This document shows, one piece after another, positions 23,891-37,440 of a stretch of DNA of 64,000 nt. The stretch spans positions 186,001-250,000 of the forward strand of contig MU054098.1 of NCBI GenBank assembly GCA_013239625.1, in the 5' to 3' direction. Each line of letters begins with the position of its first letter. Positions within the stretch are counted from its first letter, which is position 1. The translations under genes and the position numbers were made by a program. The notes under the pieces were generated by a model. It was not told where the DNA came from. It worked only from the letters and a program-made list of their open reading frames with translations, and ran no database searches. Source of the stretch: Lama guanicoe (Eukaryota).

Positions 23891-25082
23891 AGAGGCAAAA
23901 AGAGAACAGTATCTTGAGGAACTGAAAGGGTAATTGAAGGGAAGAGCAATCGACAAAAGAAAATGGAAAATGACTTACTAGGGAGACGAAAGAAGAATGA
24001 AGAGAATCAAGAAAGCAAATCAGGAAAACAAAGAGTGGGGTTCAAGAAGGCCATGGTCAAGAATCTACTTGTTACAGACAAGTCAAGTAAGGCACAATCA
24101 GCAATCATTTGTTGTATGTCAGGCATTGTGCTAGGTAGACATGAAGATGGATAATACATGATCCTGGTGCTCAAAATGAGAGGAGAAATGTAAATAAGAG
24201 GTTACAATCCAATGTGACTAAGGCTGTAACAGACATGATCAAAGTGCTTGGTGAGCAGAGGGGTGGAGGCTTCTTCCCGTGTGATGATATTTTTTTCTAA
24301 TGAACTCTCCTCAGATGTTTATCCCATGATTGTTTAGAAATTCCAAATAAATATTTATCTTTCATCGAAATATGCCTTTTTCAACACAGATTGTCAGCTC
24401 TATCTCCCTATTTAGCAACATCATTTGGGGGCATGCAATAATCCAGAAAATTCCAATATCTCATGTGAGCATGAATTTAAAGGCACACCTTTTAATCATA
24501 TTTAATGACCTGTTCTCAGAGTCTGAGTCAAATAGTACAGGCTTTCCTCTCCTTCCCATTGTCCCTGCCCTCACCTTAGTTCAGGATCTCACCACATTCA
24601 CCTGGGCTTTTCATAGTCTCTCATGTTTCAGCTCTGATCATCATATTCCCAGCTCAAACCCTCATTCATCTTAATACAACTCTATTCATAACACTGACTT
24701 CATAGTGGAGACGTTTGATGAATAAGAGTTGAAATGAAAGAATGTTCACTATAAAGTTAAACAGAAGTATATCCCCCATTGTCATTGTGATTAATTTAAT
24801 TTTCCAAATCAATTAAAGAATATATTATTTGAAAGAATGTTTTGTCTATTGGGTTGCTTGTGTTCTGCCCAACTTCATTCCAAAAAACACTGTAGTCAAT
24901 GGTTAAATGTGTGTATGTGTACATATGTGTGTAAAGAGAAGTTATGTTCTTATTGCAAGTTTATACTTAATTCAACAAGGATTTACAAAATACCTACTAC
25001 ATGTGTTTATGCTATTTATTGCAGAAAATTCAAAGGAATGTACAATGCAAATAAGAGCATGAATGCCTATCACACAGGCAGA

Positions 25083-25085
<3 letters not shown>

Positions 25086-25140
<55 letters not shown>
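25086..25140. repeat. Compound (TG)n(TA)n microsatellite
   Basis: Directly visible. Confidence 0.95.
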
Positions 25141-25387
25141 GTCCACAAAGAGGTCCAGATAAAGTGCAATAGAGATGGGTCGAAAGAGAGAACTAGCACA
25201 TCTAATTGGAAGGGGATAAAATAAAATCCCCCAAAGCGGCTGTTGTTCCCACTGAGTCTTCAATGATGACTAAGATTTGGTAAGCAGAGATTTAGGAGAA
25301 AAGATGGTGAGGAGGAAGGGAGACATTCCAGACATGAGTACAGCTAAGAAGAGAACAGAATTTGTTGAGGTGGATCAGTACAGAACT

Positions 25388-25790
25388 GTATTAATCTGAA
25401 GTTAAAAAGATTTGATCACAGTGGCTAAAACACATGAAGGTTTATTTGTGTCATGTAATGAAAAGCCCAAAGGTAGGCGGTTGCTGGTGTTGGTTTAGCA
25501 GCTCAAGAATGTCACGGCTGTTTGTAATTCTCCTGACCTTTCCCTAATGGTCCCAAGATGGCTGCTGGAACTTTAAGCATCACAGTCAAATACCAGGTGG
25601 TGGGTAGAAGGGAGGGTCAAAGGCAAAAAGGGCTTTCCAGAGGCCCCACCCCACGACTTCTGCTTGTATCTCATTGTCCACCTCTATCTGCAAGACACTA
25701 GGAAGCATAGCTGTTTTTAACTGGGCACATCATTACAGTGAAGAGGCAGAGGAGAGCAGATACTGAGTAGGCAGTAGTCTCTGCAACAGA
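25388..25790 (-). mobile_element. MLT1-type (ERVL-MaLR) solo LTR
   Basis: tgtattaatc...ggctaaaacacatgaaggtttattt...cccaagatggctgctg...gacttctgcttgtatctcattg. Confidence 0.65.
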
Positions 25791-26486
25791 ACAGAAGTCA
25801 AGTTTGGCTTGAGCATAAAGGGTGGAGATACCATTTCTTAAATATGAGCCAACTGATTTGCGAAGAAGGAATGCATATTTCTTATTTCTGGTATCATTTT
25901 TGCATTTCAGTAGTTTTCCACTTACTTCCCTGTAAAGAAACCAATGATGGGGGCAGAGGGTGCAAGGGGAGAACAGAAGAGGAACACCTTCAGTTTCTCA
26001 GGGAAGATTGAGCTAAGAAGCCTGGTGGATGGACATGATCTAAGGCTGGTAGGTGACGGGTAGAAGATGGAGAGTTCTGGAAACTGCAAGCACTTCCTAC
26101 TAGCTGGTGCAGAGCACAATACACATCTGGTGAGAAAAGAGGATGGAGAGATAGGTAGGAGCCAGGTCATGAAAACTTACAAGCTGTGGAAAGGGATTTG
26201 GACTGTATCACTAGCTTTTGACCAAAAAAGGCAACAAAAATATTTTCTCAATTACCTGTCTAATCTCTGTGTCTTTCCTGATAAATTCCATAAGGGCATC
26301 TTGTTCATTACTATATTCCTAGAACCTACCAACATGCCTGGCCCCTGAGGCCTACACAATGAATCTGTGTTCTTCATGCAAGGAAATGTGACAACCATTG
26401 GACTATATGTCCAAGGAAACCTTTGTCATGGCAACTGTCTATCCTTTAAGTTGAGGTCCCTTAAACCACACATGTAGGTGACCCCC

Positions 26487-27593
26487 TGTGTTGGTCCAGG
26501 TACTCCAAGGAGGAAACAAAAAGATAGGATTAAAAGCACAAAAAATTTATTAGGGGCAACCACAGTAATAAATGAGGAGGGAGTTGGGAGAGCCTGGGAA
26601 GAGCCACCGGTATGCACTACAATGAAATGCAAGTCTGACCCTGAGTGAAGGAGAATGAGAAGGAGACAGAGAAGGAAAGGAAGTCAGAGGGGAGTGTCTT
26701 AGTCTGTGTACAGTTCTAAGGAAAGTTTAGCATTGCCATCAGGCAGTCCTTCAGCAAAAGTCAGCAGTCAAAGAAGTCCAATGTCATGGAAAACAGTATG
26801 AAGGTTCCTTAAAAAACTAAAAATAGAGTTACTACATGATCCAGCAATCCCACTCCTGGGCATGTATCTGGAAAAAAATGAAAACACTAATTCAAAAACA
26901 TACACACACCTCAATGTTCAAAGCAGCACTATATACAATAGCCAAGACATGGAAACAACCTAAATGTCCATTGACAGATGAATAGATAAAGAAGATGTGG
27001 TATATTTATACAATGGGGTACTACTCAGCCATAAAAAGAGAGTGAAATAATGCCATTTGCAGCAACATGGTTGGGAGATTGTCATACTAAGTGAAGTAAG
27101 TCAGAGAATCTAAAATATGATACAAAATGGAAACAGACTTATAGACACAGAAAACAATTTACGGTTACCAAAGGTGGGAGGGAGGAGGCTGGGACAAATT
27201 AGGAGTATAGGGATTAACAGATACAAACTACTATACATAAAATAAATAAGCAACAGGATTTAATGTATAGCACGGGGAATTATAGCCATTATCTTATAAT
27301 AACCTATAATGGAATATAATGTGCAAAACAAAAAACAGAAAATCTGAGTCACTATGTTGTACACCTGAAACTAATGCAATAATGTGACTCAAATATACTT
27401 CAATTAAAAAAAGGAGTCCAATGTCTTCAATGAACAGGCCTGTCTAGTGTCCCTCCTGTGCTCATCCACTGACCAGGAACAGCCATAGGAAGTGTGGCCG
27501 TGGTGCAGATGCAGTGATGATTTCAGAGCGTAGTTGTATTCTGGTCAGTCTCCGAGCAGTAAGAGATCTGAGCGGCACATTCTTATGGTCCAC
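26487..27593 (-). mobile_element. LTR16-like ERVL LTR split by an L1
   Basis: tgtgttggtccaggtactcc...tttattagggg...tgcaagtctgaccctgagtgaagg, resuming after 27425. Confidence 0.6.
26786..27410 (+). mobile_element. L1 3' end with TSD
   Basis: ORF2 end and 3' UTR. TSD aagaagtccaatgtc (26771-26785) / aaggagtccaatgtc (27411-27425). Confidence 0.9.
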
Positions 27594-28149
27594 GCCTGCC
27601 AATGCCAGCATTGTCAGCAGGGCTCCTGACTGGCTTCATATCTTCCTTCTAGGTTACTACCTAGAATACACCTGTACACCTGTAGATTATTTTTTACCTC
27701 CATCCTGCCTCCAAGTCCTTTATACCTTTTCCTCTGAAAACTCAGCAGACTTCAATCTCAGAGGAAAAATATGGCTTTGTTTTCCAAGTCCTTTTATAGA
27801 TTAGGAATCTGGCTTTGAACCAAAACCCTCATGGCTAGCTCCTCAATCCAATGGGCCAGTGTCTTCTACCCCAGCTGTCCACCTGGCCATTGCCTGCCCT
27901 CACCATAGAGTAGTTTTAAGGGTAAAATTCTATCTTACTAGCTTATCACAACCTCCTGGATTTCTAGAATACAAATAGTCCAGCATGGATGTTTTGCTAG
28001 CCGTCTGTGCTGCGCTGGTACTGTGTAATCCATTATCCCCATGCTCCAGAGTTAACTTAGGAGGTTTTATAACTTACCTAAACCACACAAGAAATAAATC
28101 ACAAGTTTGGGGTTTAAACTAAGACCATCTGATTTTTAAAGCGTACTTT

Positions 28150-29418
28150 TTTTGCTATTAGTTTTTTTTATTGCCCTATAGTCGATTTACAAATTTGTGT
28201 GAATATCTGGGGTACAGCATAGTGATTCATTTATACACACACATATATTATTCCTTTATACATTCTTTTCCATTATAGGCCATTACAAGGTATTGAATAT
28301 AGTTCCCTGTGCTATACAGTTAGACCTTGTTATTGATCTATTTTATATATAGTAATGTGTACCTGAAAATCCCAAACTCCCAATTTATCCCTCCCCACTT
28401 GCTTCCCCGCTGGTAACCATAACTGTGTTTTCTATGCCTGAGTCCGTCTCTGTTTTGAAAACAAGTTCATTTGTATCCTTTTTTTTTTTTGATTCCATAT
28501 ATAAGTGATATCATATGGTATTTTTCTCTCTCTTTCTGGCTTACTTCACTTAGAATGACAATCTCCAGGTCCATTCATGTTGCTGCAAATAGCATTATTT
28601 TATTCTTTTTTATGGCTGAGTAGCATTTCGTTGTATATACATATATATACCACAACTTCTTTATCTAGTCATCTGTCAATGGACATTTAGGTTGCTTCCA
28701 TGTCTCGGCTATTGTATATAGTGCTGCTATGAACCTCCTAGAAGAAAACATAGACAAAACATTCTCTGATATAAATTGTAGCAATGTTCTCCTAGAGCAG
28801 TGTAGTGAGGTAACAGAAATAAAACAAAAATAAACAAATGGGACCTAGTTAAACTTATAAGCTTTCGCACAGCAAAGGAAACCATAAGCAGAACAAAATG
28901 ACAACCTACAGAATGGGAGAAAATATTTGCAAATGATATGACTGAAATAGGCTTTATTTCAAGCATATATAAACAGTTCATACAACTCAATAACAAAGAA
29001 ACAAACAACCCAATCCAAAAATGGACAGAAGACCTAAACAAGCAATTCTCCAGTGAAGACGTACAAATGGCCAACAGGCACATGAAAAGACGCTCAGTAT
29101 CACTAATTGTTAGAGAAATGCAAATCAAAACTATAATGAGGTATCACCTCACACCAGTCAGAATTGCTATCATTCAAAAGTCCACAAACGATAAATGCTG
29201 GAGAGGATGTCGAGAAAAGGGAACCCTCCTATACTGTTGGTGGGAATGTAGTTTGGTGCAGCCATTATGGAAAACAGTATGAAGATTCCTCAAAAGACTA
29301 AAAATAGAGTTATATATTTCATATGATCCAGCAATCCCACTCCTGGGCATATATCTGGAGGAAACTCTAATTTGAAAAGATACATGCACCCCAACATTCA
29401 TAGCAGCACTATTTACAA
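28150..29418 (-). mobile_element. 5'-inverted (twin-primed) L1 inserted in a MIR
   Basis: Minus-strand 3' part 28150-28734 joined to a plus-strand ORF2 piece 28735-29418. TSD taaagcgtacttt / taaagtgtacttt. Confidence 0.9.
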
Positions 29419-29612
29419 TAAAGTGTACTTTCTAAACCAGTGTCTGACACTGCATCTCCTTCATAGAACTGGCCATACTGTATTATGACCAACTGTTTAC
29501 TCGTCCATCTACCCCAGCCATCAAGATGAGAGCTTCCTGAAGGTGAGGCCAAGGCACTGATATCTAGTAGACATTTAAGAAGTATTTCTGGAATAAAAGA
29601 ATAAAGGAAGAA

Positions 29613-30640
29613 AATATACAAGCAAGTCATACAATTCAATATCAAAAAATAAGCAACCCAATAAAAAAACGGGCAGAAGACCTGAATAGACATTTTTCCA
29701 AAGAAGACATATAGATAGCTAATAGGCACATGAAAAGATGCTCATCATTCCTAATTATTATCAAAACCATAATGAGGTATCACCTTACAATTGTCAGAAA
29801 GACTATCATCAAAAAGTCTACAAATAATAAATGTTGGTGTGGATGTGGAGAAAAGGGAATCCTTGTAGACTGTTGGTGGGACTGTAAATTGGTGCAGCCA
29901 CTATGGAGAACAGTATGGAGATTCCTTAAAAAACTAAACGTAGAGCTACCATATGGTCCAGCAATTCTACTCCTAGGTATATCTGGAAAAAACAAGAACT
30001 CTTATTTGAAAAGATACCTGTACCCCAATGTTCACAGCAGCACTATTTATAATAGCCAAGACATGGAAGCATCTCAAGTGACCAGACGATTGGATTAAGA
30101 AGATATGATACACACACAGACACACACACACACAGACACACACACACAGAGAGGAATATTACTCAGCCATTAAAAAAGAATGAAATATTGCCATTTGTAG
30201 CAACACAGATGAACCTAGAGAATCTTATGCTTGGTGAAATAAGTCTGACAGAGAAAGACAAATACTATATATCACTTATATGTAGAATCTAAAAAATAAT
30301 ACAAATAATAATACAAAATAATACTATATATCACTTATATGTAGAATCTAAAAATTAATACAAAACAGAAACAGACTCTTAGACATAGAAAACAAACTCA
30401 TGGTTAATAAAAGGGAGATGAAGGAAGGGAGGGACAAATTAGGAGTATAGGATTAACAGATATAAACTACTACACATAAAATAGGTAAGCAACCAGGATT
30501 TACTGTACAGCACAGGGAATTATACTCAATATATTATAATAACCTATAATGGAATATAATCAGAAAAAAGTAACTGAATCATCATGCTGTACATCTGAAA
30601 CTAACACAATATTATAAATCAACTATACTTTGGTTAAAAA
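29613..30640 (+). mobile_element. L1 3' fragment (ORF2 C-terminus and 3' UTR) inserted in an L2 tail
   Basis: [21 protein letters not shown] motif. TSD aaaagaataaaggaagaa / aaaagaataagggaggaa. Confidence 0.9.
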
Positions 30641-31699
30641 AAAGAATAAGGGAGGAATGAATGAACAAATTAATATTCAACAACAGAGTTGCAGTCATTC
30701 TAGTCTGGCCCTTAGTTCTGCAGTTTCCGAGAGCTTTGCAGGTCCAAGAGGTTCTGACCCTATGAATCTGTATGCCCCCCAATGCAACCACAAAATAATG
30801 ACACAAAAGCTACCAGGATGGCACTTTTCATTTACTTCAAACCCCAAGCTGCTTGCTGATCCAATAAAGAATTTGAATAGTTGAAGCTCTACAAATGTGA
30901 GAACTAGGATGCTTTCTGCCCAATAAGGAAGAAAAAGCCAAACAAGGGGAATTCTAAGATATGTTTCATCTTGGTGGGTTGGGGGGTTGCACAAGGGGCC
31001 GGTGCGGTCATACTGCCTGGAGGCAGCGCCCAGTGTCTCCAGACAGAAAAGGAAATGACAACAGCTCTTGACTAGAATAGAAGGACAAATAAAGATCTTA
31101 TTGAGACGCAGGTAAATTGGCTGGGCTCGGGAAGCCTGAAATGACTCAGAGCTGGCAAGGGTCCTGTCTGGCAGCCCACCTCTCCACAGCTGAGCTCAAT
31201 GGATTCCATGCTGCTCCCTCACCCTGGACCTTCCTGTGCAGCACTGAGCCTGAGCATAAAGGGCCTCTTTGTTCTGCAACTTTCTCCTCTACACAGGCCA
31301 CGTGGCCTTAGGAAGCATTGATGACCTGACAGCAAAACAAGGCTTTAGTTCTGCATATCTTTAAAGTTCATGAAAACAATTTAGAAACCAATGCAATACC
31401 CTGAATATCTAAAGCTACCTTTCTATTTGCACATCACAACTTTAGCGACATAAACCATACTGGGAAGAAACCTTTGAGATATTAATGAAGCTCAGAGAGA
31501 AGAATATCTAGAACCCCCTTGTTCCTATTCTTCATTCTGATAATAAATGGGTATGAAGTTACGTTAAGACTTAGAAGTAAAGGACACGGTTTCTTTATTT
31601 TTAAAAGTTTTAAATAAAAGTTTTATGTATTTAAGGTCTACAACATGAGGTGCTGGTACACATATACATAGTGAAATGGTTACTATAATGAAGCTCATT

Positions 31700-31905
31700 A
31701 AAGGAACATGGGTTCTGAGTCTGAAGCTCTGCATTCAGAATAGCGGCTTTGCTACTGATTAGCTGTGTAACCCTGGGTAAGGCACTGAATCTCTCCAAGC
31801 CTCAGTCTGCTCAAATCTAAAATGCGGCTTGGCCAGGTATCAAGATAATGTATGTTAAGTGTCTAGCAGAGTCCTGACACATAGTTAGCATTTGGTAAAT
31901 ATTTG
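31700..31905 (+). mobile_element. MIR
   Basis: tagctgtgtaaccctgggtaaggcactgaatctctccaagcctcagt core. Confidence 0.75.
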
Positions 31906-33392
31906 TTAAAAAAAAATCAAAGTACTATTACAGAGTTCTCTAGTCCTATGCGAGGCATAAGGACCATGTCAAGGATGGACCCCTATTCGTGCTTCAGCGG
32001 CAACCAGGCTTTTTCCCTTCTATATCCTGAAGAATTGCAAGGAGAATTGTTTACTCAACATTCACTATGGGCCTTTGGGAGGGGGAGGGAAAATGAGAAG
32101 CAGATACAAAAGAAATTTATCAGATGCTGTGTGCTCTGAAGGATGCTTTTGAAGGCTCAGAGCTGCAAAGCAAGACATTCTTATTTCTTAGGACCGATTG
32201 TCTGATTCTTTGCCATTATTTCCACTTGTGCTGCTACTTCAGCCTCTCTTTCCCAAACATATTCCCCATCTAGAAAACAGCAGTAGATATTTTGTGTATT
32301 ACAAAACTACTGTACTTTAGTGGTAAGAATTTTGTAGGGCATAAACTCTTGTAGTATCTGCAATTATAGGTTCAGAAAACTGGACAAAATAATTTGACTA
32401 TAATTAGATCTACTATTTGTTGACTGCTTACTGTGTATCAGACTCCATGCTAAGTTCTTATACATATTATTTCATTCAATCTTCACATTATCATCACTTT
32501 ACAGATGATAACGTTTGGGCTTAGAGAGACAACTTCTCTAAGAACATCACATGGCTAGGAAGTGGAGCCAAGATTCATTCATGAAGGTCTGACTTCAATT
32601 TTGTGCTCTATTTGTTTTTGCCTTTGTTATTAATTAAAATGTTCAGACATAAACAAAAGTAGATAATACAGTATAATGAATCCCCATGTGTCTATCACCC
32701 AGCCTCAACAATTACCAACTCATGGCCAACTTGTTTCATCCATGCTCTACCAAGCCCCTATCCAACACACATAGAATTTCATCTTTTCATTTGTAAAGAT
32801 TTCAATATGTATATTCAGAAGAAATGGACTTTTTTTAGAAACGCAACACCATCACCTGTAACAATCATTTCTTAGTATCATCAAGTGTCCTGTCCATGTT
32901 CATATTTCCCCAATTGTCTAATAATTTTTCCCCAGTAGGTTATTTGAATCATGATCCAAACAAGGTCTATGTCAGATAATGGTGTTTGGTTGGTGTTTGG
33001 TTAACATGTCTCTAAAGTCTCTTTTAATCTACAGTTTTCTCCTTTTTTTTTTGCCATTTGTAAAAAGAAATCAAAAGCCTGTAATCTTAACCACATAATA
33101 TGGCGTCTTATGATCATTTTAAGAGTTATGCCTTTGGAGGGAATGCCCTCCTCCAAAACAAATTTCTTGTATTTAAATACCTATAGAATAGATAATCAAA
33201 AGTTTAAAAAGCATTTTAGAGATGTTTCAATATTCACTGGAAACACTGAACAATCAAAAAACTACTTTCTTTTGTGGGTGTTTATTAAATGATACATCTC
33301 GAGGGCAGAAAAGCCAGCTCTCAAAAACTAATTTCTGACCCACCTCCCACAGAGCTTGGACCACTATCAGTAAAGATGTCCCTTCTCTTCAA

Positions 33393-33967
33393 GTGATGTT
33401 GGGAAAACTGGACAGCCACATGTAAAAGGATAAAATTAGAATATCCGCTCACACTATATATAAAAATAAACTCAAAATGGTTTAAAGACCTAAATGTAAG
33501 ATGTAAAACCACAGAACTCTAGAAGAGAACATATACGAAACACTCTGACATAAATCATAGTAATATTTTTTGAATCAATATCCCAAGGCAAAATAAAAAC
33601 AAAACTAAACAAATGGGACCTAATTAAACTTGAAAGCTTTTGCACAGCAAAGGAAGCCATCAACAGAATGAAGAGACAACCTGCGGAATGGGAGAAAATA
33701 TTTGCAAATGATGCCAACAAGGGGTTAATATCCAAACTATGCAAACATACAACTTATATCAACTTAATATCAAAACATACAACTTAATATAAAAAAATGA
33801 ACAACCCAATCAAAAATTGGGCAGAAGACCTAAAAAGACATTTTTCCAAAGAAGACAGTACAGATGACAAACAGGCACATGAAAAGATGCTCAACATGGG
33901 TAATTAAAGAAATGCAAATCAAAACTACAATGATTTTATATATATATATATATACTATATACATATA

Positions 33968-34006
<39 letters not shown>

Positions 34007-34428
34007 AAAAACTACAATGAGGCACCACCTCACACTAGTGAGAATGGCCATCATTAAAAAGTCTACAAATAATAAATACCACATAATATCAATTATATGT
34101 GGAATCTTAAAAAAAGGACACAAATGAACTTATTCATAAAACAGACAGAATCACAGATATAGAAAACAAACTTAGGCTTACCAGTGGGGAGGCAGTGGGG
34201 AGGGATAAATTGGGAGTTTGGGATTTGTAGATACAAACTACTATATATAAAACAAACAAGGGTCTACTGTATAGCATAGGGATCTATATTCAATACCTTA
34301 TAATGGCCTGTAATGTTTATAATGAAAAAGATATGAAAAGGATTATATGTATGTATAAATGAATCACTATGCTGTGCATAAGAAATTACCACAACATTGT
34401 AAATCGACGATACTTCACTTTAAAAGAA
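33393..34428 (+). mobile_element. L1 3' fragment with internal deletion and (TA)n insert
   Basis: ORF2 motifs (aaatgggacctaattaaact; RHMKRCS), 3' UTR and tail. Confidence 0.9.
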
Positions 34429-35079
34429 ATGACTACTACTGCCTAATTGAGGGCTGAATCTAAGCTCTGTCATGAGCAACATCTCTGCTTTTCTAAAAAA
34501 TGACGGCAGTGTGATGTTCTGCAAAAAGCTCAGTCTTGGTCTTGGCTTAACCACCAACTTGGGCAAGTCACTCAACCTCTTTGAGGCTCAGTTTCATCAA
34601 AAATGGGGATAAAACTTACTGTTTACCTCCTAGGGTTTGTGTTAAAATAAGACTATGCATATACATAAAAGCTGAGAGTCAATCAAGAGTTCTCATCGCA
34701 GGGAAAAATTTTTTTTCTTTTACTTTATGAGATGATGGATGTTCAGTAAACTTACTGTAATCACTTCATGATGTATAAGTCAAATCATTATGCTGTACAC
34801 CTTAAAATTATACAGTGCTGTGTACTGATTATATCTTGAAACTGGAAGAAAAATGTTTTTAAAAAGAAAAATAAGAACATGTATGTGCCAGCATTGTATG
34901 ACCAACTACACCTTAGACCTGCAAGGCATTATTGATTAGTATATCATTCATAGTTTTATTATTATTAAAGTCCTAACTGTAATATGGGAATGAATGCACA
35001 AAGGGAGCCAATGAGTTTTTCATTTCCTTTTTCTTGGACAAAATATCATGGTAATTAAATTACCCCAGGAAAATTTTTG

Positions 35080-35800
35080 AGCCAACATGAGGTCAACACG
35101 ACAACCGGCCCCGGAAGTAAACAGGAGCACAACACGGGGGAAGGGATTTCCTTGGAAAAGTCTAACCAAGTTTATGTTTTCCCACTGCGATGTGTTTAAC
35201 TTGAACAGAGTGGCTGAACTTTCCCATTCTGACTAGAGAGCTTCCTCGGGCCAGAAACAAAGGCAAGTCAGTTCTGAGGCTGAGATTCAAACAAACATAT
35301 CACAGGACAGCTGCAAACTGGAAAGCAAATGAGACAGCTACTGGGGTAACCCCACTGATAAAGGCCCTCCCCCGACAGGCACCCGAGGCCCTGAGGGAGG
35401 AAGCCTCTTCCTTTTTGGAAAACAGCGCCTGGTGCGCGGCTGGGAAGAGGAAGCTGTTTATGACTCCCTTTGAACTCCTGCTTTTCTCCAAGTAGTCACT
35501 GATTACGGAGGAGAGAATTTTTTTTTAAAGCTCAAAGAATTTTGCTGTTGTTTTCTGACAAGGTTGTCACACGTAATGATGATTTTTCAACATGAACACT
35601 GAGATTTACATTCTTTTCATAAACAAGACTCATTCCCCAACCATTCTTGTTAAAGAACTGGAATCGACTACAGAGATTTTTAACTGGATGACATCGCTGC
35701 TGTGGGACTAAGACGAGAGTTAACCGCGGCTCCCGGCTCCCGGCTCCGGCTCCCTGCCCTGTCTGCACTGCTTCCTCGGGTCCTCAGGGGAAGGAGAGCT
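35080..35800. promoter_or_regulatory. Candidate enhancer or promoter (CpG-retaining, motif-rich)
   Basis: CCGGAAGT (ETS) overlapping GTAAACA (FOX) at 35111-35123; GGGATTTCC (NF-kB-like) near 35143; local CpG retention; (CGGCTCC)n at about 35727-35754. No functional data. Confidence 0.4.
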
Positions 35801-36534
35801 TGAGGTGTCAGGAGAAGGCCCAGCTGTGGAAACGGAGTCCGTCAGGACTCTACAGCCTGTAATTAGCTTTTTACCCCTTCTCACTAGGGTAAGCATGTAT
35901 CAACCCAATAGGAGACATAAGAGGTCTCCAGTCTTAAATGCTGTTCAAATGAAGGGATAAAGTCATCGGCACCTTGTCAGCTTGGTAAGTTGCATGGTTT
36001 TTAGAGCTGAGGGGCACTAGACATCTTGTCCAACCCTCCTTTTTCACAGAGCAGGCAAGGGGAATCAAACTTGTCTAAGTTTGCACAGTGAATGAATGGA
36101 TTAATTTTTACTCACCTAACCGACACCATCCTGGGGAGAGGGTGAGCAACGGATTGTCAATGTCCACACTCCCTCTTCTTCCTCAGATGGGCTCTCAAAT
36201 TCCTCACCATTCCCATATTCTCTTCTGCTGGTTGTCCACACCACCCTCTTGTCCACTATCCAGTCTTTTCTTAATACCCCCCGATCCAAGTCTGCTAGTC
36301 TTCCCACTGCTGTACCTACTGTCGACTTTTGTAAGAGGAAAAGGTCTTGTGCCCACTGGTGTTGCGTGTGTTTTATTAGATTCTCCAAAAGGTCCATGAG
36401 TCTTAAAGAGTCCTGTCAGGCATAGAGCCTGGGAGAACTTTCCTGAGGCTGGGCCGAAGAGAAAGGGTCGGCAAACTACGACTTGTGGGCCAAGTCTGGC
36501 CTGCTGTGTGTTTTTGGAACACAATCCAAGAATT

Positions 36535-37440
36535 TTTTTTCTTTTTGTGTTTTTAAAAAATGACAAAATTTACCATCTTAACCATTTTCAAGTAAGTAGA
36601 ATCATAAATTGTCCTTTTGTGACTGGCTTATTTCACTTAGCATACTGTCCTCAAGTTTCATCCATGTTGTAGCATGTAACAGGATTTCTTTTCTTTTTAA
36701 AGTTGAATAGTATTCCATTGTATGTATGTACCAATTTATTTTTATCCATTCATCCATGGACATATGGGTTGCTTCTACCACTTGACTATTGTGAATAATG
36801 CTGCTATGAACATGGGTGTGCAAATCTCTCTTCGAGTCTCTGCTTTTAATTCTTTTGAGAATACACCCAGAAGTGTAATTGCTAGATCATTATGGTAGTT
36901 CTATTTTTAATTTTTTGAGGAACCGCCATACCATTTTCCATAGCAGTTGTACCATTTTACAATCTTACCAACAGTGAACAAAAGTTCCAATTTTTCTATA
37001 TCATCATCAACACTTGTTATTTATTTATTTTACAGTAGCCATCCTAAGGGGTGTGAGGTGATACCTCAAGAATTTGCATTTATATAATGATTAGTGATGT
37101 TAGACATCTTTTCACATGCTTGTTGGACATTTATATGTCATCTTTGGAGAAATGTCTACTTAAGTCTGTTGCCTAAGTTTTAACTGGGTTATTTTTTGTC
37201 ATTGAGTTGAAGCTCTTTTCATATTTTGGATATTAACCGCTTATCAGACATAATTTGCAAGTATTTTCTCCCATTCCATAAGTTACGTTTTCACTGTTAA
37301 TTGTGTCCTTTGATACACAGAAATTGTAATTTGGTGTAGTCCCATTTTTTTTTTTTTGCTGCTTGTGCTTTTGGTGTCATATCCAAGAAATCATTGTCAA
37401 CTCCAATGTCAGAATTTCTCGACTCCAATGTCAAACTTTC
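36535..37440 (-). mobile_element. Old L1M fragment nested in the hAT element
   Basis: Antisense ORF2 end (gctgctatgaacatgggtgtgcaaa; tttggagaaatgtcta). Confidence 0.85.

Noticed and set aside
28727..30098. ORFs of 100-130 aa as host genes
   Set aside because: They are sense and antisense readings of L1 ORF2 C-terminal fragments.
30998..31030. CTCF-like site (a second candidate near 63022-63042)
   Set aside because: Several mismatches at core positions; cannot be supported without PWM or ChIP data.
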